Positions 53,093 through 64,000 of a stretch of 64,000 nt of DNA are shown here, in pieces. The stretch spans positions 43,834,001 to 43,898,000 of the forward strand of contig OX597825.1 in NCBI GenBank assembly GCA_951406725.2. The letters are read 5' to 3'. The position numbers were made by a program, and so were the translations under genes. Each line of letters opens with the position of its first letter. The first letter of the stretch is position 1. The notes under the pieces are model-generated. The model ran no database searches. It had not been told where the DNA came from and saw nothing but the letters and a program-made list of their open reading frames with translations. Source of the stretch: Octopus vulgaris (taxonomy: Eukaryota).

Positions 53093-53605
53093 TATGAGTT
53101 CAAAAAAGTTTACATTATAGTTGTAGGGAGGTTCAAACTGACCTGGTCCACCATGTTATCATAAAAGACTATTTTCTATTTCAAGGGACACTGTAGGTGT
53201 GTTTGGGTGGGGGAAGGAAGAGTAATGTGGAACTGAAAAGAATTTCTTTTTGTCTCTCCTTCAAGCATCAATGATTTGGGGGATTGGTCTTTAGAGGTCA
53301 GAATGGTGCGAGTGTGTGTGTCTTTGTGTGTGTGTATATACATATGTGGTGTGAATAGATGTGTCTGTGAGTGTTTGCAAAAATTGGTAGGATGGTGTAT
53401 GTATGTGTGCCCGTTTGTCAACCGTGTGTATGATTGTCCTGGTGTTGTGTTTGTGTGTGTGTATATGTATGTGCATGATTGGTATTTGCGTTTTGTGTGT
53501 CTTGGTATTGAGTATGTGTTTGTGTGTGTGTGTGTATATGTGTGGGTATGGTTTATGTAGTTCTGTCAGGTTTACAGTTTTCCCTTTTAATAGCCATATA
53601 GCAAC

Positions 53606-53636
<31 letters not shown>

Positions 53637-54151
53637 TGTATGTATGTATGTATGTATGTATGCATGCATGCATGCATGTATGTATGCATGCCTGCATGTA
53701 TGTATGCATGCATGCATGTATGTATGCATGCATGTATGTATGTATGTTTGCATGCATGCTGTATGCACCCATGTATGCGTGTACTTCTTTGCGAAGAACC
53801 TAACATCCCTATATGATTTAAACCTTACATCACCACACATACACAAACAAGATTTGTCACTCCTGTAGGCTATAACGTAATAAAAAAAGTAACAAGAAAT
53901 AAGTAAATAAATAGAACCAGACGCTTCTATGAATAGGGCTGAAGTTGCTACATTCTTTCATTTCAGTTGACTGTCGTCAATGCACTTGATAATACGCCAT
54001 GCCTCTGTCTGGCAGTGGTAGTGATAATAACGATATTAGTGATAGTCGCTTATGGTATGGTTAGGGGGAGAATGGTAGTGGTGGTACAGCTGGAACTGGC
54101 GGTGAGTCTGGCCTGATTAGTACCGTATGTGGAATGTACTCTCTCCCTTCC

Positions 54152-54240
<89 letters not shown>

Positions 54241-54309
54241 TTTTATGTCTTTGTGTGTGTATATAGTGTACCCACATATATTTTTTTATCTTATGCGTTT
54301 TTATTGTAT

Positions 54310-54695
54310 AGATTTGTTTCAGTCATTGGATTCCAGCTGCGCTGGGGCACTGCCTCGAAGAATTTAATCGAACAAATTGTCCCTATTATTTTTAAGTCTG
54401 GTATTTTTCTGTTGTTCTCTTTTGTTGAACCGCTAATTTAAGGGGACATGAAGAAACCAACAGTGGTTGATAAGCAGTAGTGAAGTACAAAAATACACAC
54501 AGACACATATTCATAATTATATATATATGTGTGCGTGTGTACGTCGGTCTTTCAACACTTTCCATCTACCAAATTCACTCACGAAACATTTGGACGGCTT
54601 GGGACGATATAAAAGTTAATTACTCAAGATGCTGCACAGTGAAACTGAACTCGAAACCAAGTGGTTGCAAAGTGAGCTTCTTAACCATACACCCA
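54310..54695 (-). mobile_element. Old tRNA-SINE copy
   Basis: Degenerate homology to 32273-32680. Confidence 0.65.
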
Positions 54696-55344
54696 TGTCT
54701 TTGCCTCTCTCTCTCTCTCTCTCTCACTCTCACTTTCTCTCTCTCTCTCTCTCTCTCCCTCTCTCTTTCTCTCTCTACACACACAAATATATTAATAGTT
54801 TGACAATAAACTGAAAGATTACACAGTACTTTTCAGGAGAATAGGATATTTATTAACAACAATTGCAGCGTGGAAGGTATTTATTTAATCGAACAAATTG
54901 TCCCTATTATTTTTAAGTCTGGTATTTTCTGTTGTTCTCTTTTGTTGAACCGCTAATTTAAGGGGACATGAAGAAACCAACAGTGGTTGATAATATTTAG
55001 ACAAATTAACATTTAAATGTTGAAGTGAATCTATAGGTATATTGTGTTTTTAAATGGTTTATAAACACCTTCCATGCTACAAATTCACTCACGCTTTTGT
55101 TTTACGATAAACGATCTCAAGATCAGGTCACTTGCTGAAAGTACATCTTCGTAATATTTATTAACTTTACAAGTGAAAAAGATTGATAATGACATCGAGT
55201 GTTTTGCCTTGCTCTCTCTTTCTCTGGCTTTCTGACGAAACTCTCTCACACTCAACCTATTTTGTACAAGCGCGCGCGCCTATGTATTAATAGTTGTGTC
55301 AATGTACTGAAAGATTACACAGTAAACTCGCACAGGAGTAGGTA

Positions 55345-55375
<31 letters not shown>

Positions 55376-56055
55376 TATGCCATTTAAAAATACACAAAAA
55401 CGGAATTTTGTCAGTCTCACAGTGACGAAAACATTTTGACTCAAAGCGATGAAAATATCGTAGAAAATGAACACCTTTGTAAATGATTAAATTCTCCATC
55501 CAAGAAATTGATGATATTCTCGTTTATAAACACCTTCCATGCTACAAGTGCTTTTGTTTTAGTAAACGATCTCAGATCAGGTCACTTGCTATGCAAGTAA
55601 TCCGTAATGAGATTTATATAACTTTACTAATGTTAAAAGATTGATAATGACCTCGAGTGTTTCACCTTGCTCGTCTTTCTCAATACCATTTAGAAACTTC
55701 TTACCATCAAAGTGTACTTGTTACCTCACCTCACTAATACTTAGCAGAAAACCAATCCCAGCATAGCCTACTCGGTTCTCTCGTCACATACACGTGTTAA
55801 GTTTCGGTTTCGTAAGTCATAACTAAGACAATTTGGATAGGTCATAACTAGGGCATTTTTTTAACCTAAAGAATTGCTTGATTTTAATCTTATATTTTAA
55901 CTTTATTGACAGATTTTAACCTTCTTATTATTAATAAATCCATAAACACTAGGGAGTTCACTCTAATTTTGATTATTTTATGATATATAAGTATTATCAA
56001 AGCAATTTTAAAACATAACTATTGTGGAAATTTGTCATAGTACGATATGACATAA

Positions 56056-57372
56056 TCTACATATATAAAATTTGTTGTCTCTCTGTTCCCTATACATTCT
56101 CAAACAACTCAACAAAATCAAATCAAATTTTACAAGGTAATAGTATCAGACCCCGTGAATGTCAGCATGTAATTTTTTTTTTTCATTTTGACTTTAAACA
56201 TATATTACGCGTCAAAAGTGAAAGAATAAGATCTATATTGTAATCTGATATAATATTGTTTCACTTTTATTTTTTAACTTTTTATTCTAATGTGATAACA
56301 CTAACATCATTTTATTGCTGTTATATCTGAAATAAGTGAATAATTTATATCCTAATGTGAACAACATTACGCATCGACAACTTTCCGTCTTTACGTCCAC
56401 GGCAGCAGAATGGTATGCCACTGTATGTGTGTTGACTGACACAACGAACGGCTGGAGGGGAAACTCTTGACAAAAAGCAATGAGGTGGCAGGTTCAAGAT
56501 ATATAAAAAATACACATTTACTGTTCAATTACCAGTTAATAATTATCACAGTAGTTGCAAGGTTGCATGGTATTCACATTTACATATTTACCCTTAAATT
56601 AACATTTAAGGGTCAGCAAACTCATGCTGTAGCCCATCAAATGCAGTCTCAAGGCAGAAGCGAGATAAAACTTTCTCAAGATTAGCAAAGGCATGCTGCA
56701 GCACGTTTGATGGAGTCTCAATAAAGAAGGGAGAGGAAACTTTCTCAAGATCAGCAAACGCATGTTGCAGCACGTCAGATGGAGTATCAAGAGAGAAGGG
56801 AGATCAGCAAACTCATGCTGCCGCACATCAAATAGAGTATCAACACAGAAATGAGATGAGACTTTCTCAAGATGGAGTCTCAAGAGAGATGAGTGGTGAG
56901 ACTTTCGCCCGATCAGCACTTAATACAGAATCATTAAAACAACGTTTTAATGATTAGACATAATTGCAATAGAATAGCCCTCAGAAACAGACTACGTACA
57001 AATTGGTTCTTCATAACTTCTGGAGCTGCTTTGAGTTATGATCCATCCAGTTCTTATAAAAATTATAATTTTGTCCAAATTGAAGTGATAAACTCAAATT
57101 GTCCTTTCTGCAAAGCTTTAAAGTTTCCAAATAAAACTAATGGCATGCGAAAGTAATTACATCCCCTCCACTCAGTTTTCCATGGCAGGTTAGGGCCCGG
57201 AATATTCCAAACGGATGCATGACATGTCACTTAGTCGAATTAGCCCATAATTTACTCCACAAATGTTTTGTCGTCAATAATGCACTTTCCCGTATCACCT
57301 GTTTCAACATAACTGTAATATATATAAAAACTGTGCCATTTAATCCCGAGCAACGCCGAGTATCTCTGCTAG
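56056..57372 (+). mobile_element. Internally deleted Helitron with both termini
   Basis: A|TCTACATATATAAAA ... cccgagcaacgccgag..CTAG|T; ~57-bp MESQ..E.LSQDQQ.HA repeats (56600-56915); AALSYDP..CPFCKALKFPNKTNGM N-terminal RepHel motif. Confidence 0.85.
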
Positions 57373-57399
57373 TGTTTTATATTTGTAGGCAAAAAATAT

Positions 57400-58680
57400 C
57401 TGTCTTTTGCAACGATATTTTCAGCATGAAAAACCTGCATTCTTCAGCAGCTGATGTCACTTTGGCATTGTTTTAGGTTTGCATATTCTGCTAGTAAAAC
57501 TTTGGGGTTCATTAATTGGACTATCAAATCTAAAATCAATGTAATTGGTGATGGAACATGAGTCTTCGTTGAATTTCAGTTCTTTGAGGCTTTAATAAGT
57601 ATCGTAGATGGTGAATATCACTTGTCAAAATCAACTGTTTGAACTGAAGATTTGAATGAAGTTTTGAATGAGCAGATTTGAATGAGGTTCTTTCACTCTC
57701 TGCACCAAAATGCCTGTGTCCTCAAAACTCTCTACAATTTTTGTAATTTCTGCAAGGTTCTTGGCATAGTAAGTGCAGGCATCCAACCAGCTACCCCACC
57801 TAGTCACAGTCGGCTGAGATGGGTATCTTATTGTTTTCAATTGCTCTCGACGGTGCTTCTTTTATACAGGGCGATCAGAGAATCGACTGCAGGAAACAAA
57901 GCCTTTATTTTTAGAGCACATTTGTGCAAGTAGGTGGGAGAAGCAGGTTACATAGAAGAGCTTAAGGTTCGTAACTTGCAATGTTTCTTCAGCACCTACC
58001 ATATACCGAGAACATCAGACAATAGTAGTAGAAAGTTTTCTAATGAAACCACCACACTTCTTAGTGAATCATCAATGATCTAGCGATGACTGCGGCAATT
58101 ATAGTTGTTTTGGGTAGCAAACATTCTATTAAGAACTTTTTTGAGGATTTTTAACTGAACCAATAAGTATATTTACATTTTTTTTGTCATCGATCTCACG
58201 TTCATAAGTAGTTAAAAATACATTTTAATCAGTCAGGCAGCTCTTGTAGTTTTGAACCGTGTTTGCATTAAGTATATCAACATATTTTCGGCACGTAGAT
58301 TGAGATGGCAGTGGCTTATTGATAGAATCAAAGGATTTTTCAAACTTGGATTAGTGAGCATATGCTAAGAAATGTCAGACTCAAGACACCCTTTGGTTAC
58401 CATTGCACCCTAAGATTTATCGCTTTCGGTAAATTCAAATGATTTGATTGGTGGCTGTTCACTTTTAGCAGTCTTCTTGAGATAGTTTTTTTTGTGGGTG
58501 GGGGGGTTCTTTTGTTCATTCTACGCTTCTCAACAAAATTACTTTTATTGCATTTGACATCAACGAGGCACAGTCTGCAGTGTAACTGGTTATTGTGACT
58601 CAACACATATTCTTTTGGGAATGTCTCTGTAAATTCAAGGGCTTTTGCCTTCTGACTTGTTTTGGCTTTGACATCCGAGT
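57400..58680 (-). pseudogene. hAT-related (CGGBP1-like) transposase remnant
   Basis: FPKEY..LHCRLCLVDVKC BED-like finger; FLLLLSD; LFYVTCFSH; PSQPTVTRWGSWLDACTYY. Confidence 0.75.
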
Positions 58681-59343
58681 TAAGAATATGAAAATAATAA
58701 TAATCAAAACTAAGCAGCTCAATATGGCAAAGACAAAAGAATTCTGCAATCAACTTCAAAGAGATCCAGCAACGCAAGGGCGAAAAAAAATTATTCATTC
58801 AATTAACTTCAGATAAAAATTTACATTATAGTTAACAAAAAAATCTAAACGATACATAAAAAATATGTACCGAAATATTATTGAGAAACAATGAAAAGAA
58901 TAGCAAGGAAAAGTACTTACTTTCAATGGTAAATTTAAAATTCCTAAATAACGGTTGCAAATAATTAAAACTGTAAGCATATACACTTACAATTGGATGG
59001 TAATAAATAATTCCATCTTTAAAGAGGCCTGATTCATGAATCGTAAAAAGATACAAACAATTATTATTAGCGGTTGGTATCGATCATCATTAACTAATTT
59101 TGATAAAAGCACCTTGAAGTTGGAAAATCTATACAGACATGCTAGAATTTTGTGTGTTCAAATGACTGGACGCGCATAGTGGCAACATCGAAGCCATTGG
59201 AAGTGCTAAAAGTAGCTCCAGTGTGATAGTTCAGTACAACAGCTCTACTAAAAACTAGCAGAAATATGTCTCAAATTTACGTTTAATCACTACATACATA
59301 CATACATACTTACATACATACATACATACATACATACACACAC

Positions 59344-59435
<92 letters not shown>

Positions 59436-60037
59436 GGTATCTAATAAAAAAAATTTTTTCTTGGAGAAATTTAACTTTTAACCTTATTTTTAACTTTAAC
59501 TTTAAAACTGATTAATCAATTTGATTAATCGTAAAATAAAGTTTTTATCTTTGATTCTAACCTTGAAAGGAACATTTTTATGAATCTCAACTTTTTAGTA
59601 AAAAAAAGTACCTTAGTCATAGCTATACTCTGTACATAATTAAGAACATGTTCTTAACTATTCATGGAATATGAGAACAAACAGTTTTAATTTCTAATTT
59701 TTAATTCCTATTTCCTAACTCTAGGTGTTGAAGTTTTAATATTTGATAAAATGGACATACACATCGAAACTTGTAATATTTTATAAAAGTCACTTAATAT
59801 AACAAATATAAGGCTCTGAAAGGCTCTGAAACTGTGCGTCCTCAACGGAAACGAATTTGATCTTCGAAATCTGCGGCTCAAGGAGATTGCTCATAAATGA
59901 TAATAAAAAAATATAATTTGCTACGAGAAATGACAACTTTTATATCGACAAATCTCCCACTCTCTATCTGTCGCCATCATGGTCTCTCTCTTTTACACCT
60001 TACCTTCTCTCCATATATTTACCACACTGTTCATCTT

Positions 60038-60081
<44 letters not shown>

Positions 60082-60694
60082 TCTCTCTCACTTTCTCCCT
60101 GTTTCTCTCTCCCTCTCTCAGTTACTCACTCTCTGTATATGTATTATCTCTCACGCATTGCCCTCATTTTCTTTAAAACTTCGTTTGTAATATTTACTTT
60201 CATCACGCATAAAATGCTAACTTCGAAATCCTCTTTACTGATAGGTAAAAATTATAAAATTTAAACCTCTATAGCCTCTGAAAGTTTGGCTTGTATATAG
60301 TCAGTTCTGTACGAATTACTTTCGTCAGGTGGTGGCTGGTAAGATTTGCACAGTGCTTCGATTTTACAAATTCTATTAGAGTACAATGATTCACAAAAGT
60401 ATGACACTTTTTGAAATTATAAAATTAAGTGAAAATTTTAAAATTTGGTGCATTGATGCAATTTTTCACGCTGAATCTCACTTGTTCCAGAATTTATTTT
60501 TTTTTAAGTTACAGATTTAAAGTTTGATAATTTTTACTTGAAAAACAGGATTTGGAAACTGCAATTTTGTGCGTGGCTACAATCTTACGACGACAAAACA
60601 TGTTTTAAGCATTTAATAAGCATTTAATTCGGAAAATGATCAAAGGAGTAAACAAACTTCAAAGTTTTTAACACAATTGTTGTGAAAGGTGTAT

Positions 60695-60740
<46 letters not shown>

Positions 60741-60769
60741 ATATGTATGTATGTATGTCTACTCTTTAC

Positions 60770-60945
60770 TCTTTTACTCTTTTACTGCTTTCAGTCATTT
60801 GAACTGTGGCCAGGCAAATCGACCCCAGGACTTATTCCTTGTAAGCCTAGTACTTATTCTATCGGTGTCTTTTGCCGAACCGCTATGTTACGGGGACGTA
60901 AACACACCAGGATCGGTTGTCAAGCAATGTTGGAGGAACAAACGC
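60770..60945 (-). mobile_element. tRNA-SINE 3' half (5' half at 62737-62876)
   Basis: Homology to 32500-32680. Confidence 0.75.
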
Positions 60946-60946
60946 A

Positions 60947-61016
<70 letters not shown>

Positions 61017-61017
61017 A

Positions 61018-61084
<67 letters not shown>

Positions 61085-61087
<3 letters not shown>

Positions 61088-62104
61088 GGAATTTTCCTTG
61101 CTTTGTATGTCCTGTGCTCTATTTTTTCGTTGTTTAAGGAAAATGTTCATTTCCTTGGTTTAGTGTTTTTGTTTTCGTTTCTCATTGTGTTCGACGTTTT
61201 TTTGGTGTCCTGTACCCATATATGCATGTATATATACATGTAGATGTAGGTACGTACATATATGTATGTATGTATGCATGTTTTATTTATTAATTTGTTA
61301 TTATATGACGGAACACACGCATCCATTTCTAAGTAAGTTTGTTCTTAATATTAATAATGATGCGCACTCTTAACCTTTCTGTCCCTCTCCCTTTCTCAAC
61401 CTTCATTCTTTCTGGTTTCCTTTTCTTCTACCTTACTGTCTCTCCCTATCTCTCTCATTCTTCATTCTTTCTGGTTTTCTCTACAACCATTCCCTTTTTT
61501 TCTCTTCCTTTCTCTTACTCCTCCTCTGTCCCGTCGTTGACCAGCGACGAGAAAACTACTGTCTTTCTGACCTCGCTTCCTTCGAATGTAGACGGCTTTC
61601 CTGTGTCTCTCCCTCGCCGTTCTCAAAAAGCGTTCGTAATATTTTCTATCGTTTGGCTTAACAGCCCTCAATGTCTGTGTTACTGTTATTCTCATTGTCC
61701 TGTCTTTTACTGTTTATATTTTGTACTTTCTTTACTGTCCTGTTTTTGTTACCATTTTTACCCCTCCGAAAAAAAATCTCAAATTTTATTTAATTTGCCT
61801 TTTGCGGGAAGGAATGTTTCAACGGAGTCGAGTCTCGCCTTTACCTTCGAAACGCGGAGTAGATGAAACAGAGGTGACTGAAGAAGGGGTATTTTTCCTT
61901 GTGTTGTAGGTCCTGTACTCTATTTTTTCGTTGTTTAAGAAAAATGTCCATTTCCTTGGTTTTGTGTTTATGTTTTCGTTTCTCATTGTGTTCGACGTTT
62001 TTTTTTGTTTCCTGTACCCATATATGCATGTATATATACATGTAGATATAGGTACGTACATATATGTATGAATATATGCATATGTTTTATTTATCAATTT
62101 GTTG

Positions 62105-62105
<1 letters not shown>
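61085..62105 (+). mobile_element. Element with ~210-bp direct terminal repeats (pLTR-like), within (TA)n
   Basis: 61086-61290 and 61885-62100 are similar; related to 25720-25935. Confidence 0.65.
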
Positions 62106-62185
<80 letters not shown>

Positions 62186-62268
62186 TAGTTATCGCCATAC
62201 TTATATGGCAGTCTTATAAATATAAGACTAAAGCTGTCGCTGATTAGCTCCAAGAGGCCACCGCCTCA

Positions 62269-62666
62269 AGCTAGCTATTTGACACACAATCTGCGTCCAT
62301 TATAAACCTTCGAACAGGGAAGGTCAGCCACTTCATCCTGCCAGTCAGACGGCCGCAGACATGTTTCAGGGTATTTGGCCTTTATTAATTTCCAGTAACG
62401 CTGCCGTAATCTCCTTTAGAGAGACTTAGTAATTTTAATATTTCTATTATTGAAAACAAGTGGTTGTATTCCACTGAAACTAGGTAAATAGATTCTTCGA
62501 ATAGGGACAGTCAGTAGCGACACCTGCTGGGTCTGACTACGCTGCATTGATAAAGGGCAAATACCCTCAAACATATCTGCAGCTGTCTGACTGGCAGGAT
62601 GAAGCGGCTGACCTCCCCTGTTCGAAGGTTTATAATGGACGCAGATTGTGTGTCAAATAGCTAGCT
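62269..62666. repeat. Fold-back with degenerate hammerhead in each arm
   Basis: Arms 62269-62389 / 62546-62666; gctgca-TTGATAA-aggg-caaata-ccct-CAAA-CATA-TC-tgcagc (other arm GAAACATGTC). Confidence 0.8.
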
Positions 62667-62677
62667 TTTAATATTTC

Positions 62678-62732
<55 letters not shown>

Positions 62733-62736
62733 TATA

Positions 62737-62876
62737 CGACGGGCTTCTTTCAGTTTCCGTCTACCAAGCCCACTCACAAGGTTTTGATCGGTCCGAGGCT
62801 ATAGTAGAAGACACTTGCCCAAGGTGCCACGCAGTGGGACTGAACCCGGAACCATGTGGTTGGGAAGCAAGCTACT
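62737..62876 (-). mobile_element. tRNA-SINE 5' half
   Basis: Homology to 32295-32435. Confidence 0.82.
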
Positions 62877-63051
62877 TTATTTCATAAATTGGCCATACAG
62901 CCTTACAAAGATGTAGCTGTGGGCTGGACAAAGACACAAATGATAATCGAATGAAAAAAATGAAAAGATGGTTGGTGAGGAAAGCATACAACACTTCCAA
63001 TCAGTTAAGATCAGAAGCCACGATTGCCACTGCCTGGTACTGCCTCAGGGC

Positions 63052-63053
<2 letters not shown>

Positions 63054-63102
<49 letters not shown>

Positions 63103-63103
63103 G

Positions 63104-63180
<77 letters not shown>

Positions 63181-63188
63181 TGTTGTTG

Positions 63189-63242
<54 letters not shown>
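63054..63242. repeat. Compound trinucleotide microsatellite (TAT)n(CAT)n(TGT)n(TAT)n
   Basis: Direct reading. Confidence 0.95.
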
Positions 63243-63243
<1 letters not shown>

Positions 63244-63692
63244 GTTTATATATTTGTTGTTCAAGATCTTTTATGTGAAATCGTGTGTTGAAACAGATAT
63301 TGTTGTATTTAGGAATGGTCATTTTGCAAGTTTAGCCAATAAAAACACACGCACTATATATTTGCTGTTACTTTGCTTCAGTGTTATTTATTTTTTACAT
63401 TAATCTTAATCTTATTTCGGCCAGAGTTCTTTCGTCACACTCCTGTGAACGCATCAGTGGTCCTTTGCTTTCTTCTTTCTTATTTGTGTGTCTCTCCTTA
63501 CTAACCGTCAGCCATTTTGTATTTCTATTGTATGTGTCACATTTGCGCATGCGTATACCTCTATGTGCGTCTATGTTTAGTTACTGTGTGTGGGGGGGAT
63601 GTCTGTAATATTTGTATCTTCTGTTTATATACGTTCGTGTAATTTGCTTTTGTTTTTGTTTATTCTTATTTTGCTCATGTGTTTACACCCAC

Positions 63693-63813
<121 letters not shown>

Positions 63814-64000
63814 TATTATGTATGCTTGTATGTATGTATGTATAACAACAATAATAGTAATAATAATTAAAATATTTAAAAAAATTAAAAAATTAAAATT
63901 TTTTAAAAAATGTATATAGTTATTTACTTCCATTTGTTTATTTATCTGTGTATTTTATTTTGTTATGTTTTCAGTTTTGTTTATATTGTAATCAGTTTAT

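Noticed and set aside
59420-60685. Possible non-autonomous DNA transposon between microsatellites
   Set aside because: No TIRs, TSD or coding motif could be established

Overview
AT-rich animal genomic DNA saturated with microsatellites and decayed transposons. The SINE and repeat style strongly suggests an octopus or other cephalopod (inference). No intact host protein-coding gene is visible, and most listed ORFs are microsatellite read-throughs. Recognisable content: five Helitron pieces (one with Rep plus Pif1 helicase), maT (DD37D), mariner (DD34D), a rosa-like Tc1/mariner fragment, two hAT remnants, a Gypsy remnant with LTR and PPT, RTE and CR1 LINE 3' ends, three tRNA-SINE families, a U2 snRNA pseudogene and a 38-bp minisatellite. 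The main finding is about a dozen fold-back (inverted-repeat) elements, mostly embedded in (TA)n tracts. Most carry a minimal type I hammerhead ribozyme motif with a palindromic stem III, giving roughly 20 copies of about 10 distinct sequences. They occur alongside Penelope-like RT and GIY-YIG remnants and a ~350-nt ribozyme-delimited tandem unit, which points to a dense Penelope/retrozyme-like self-cleaving RNA system. All calls were made by eye; boundaries are approximate and activity is untested.
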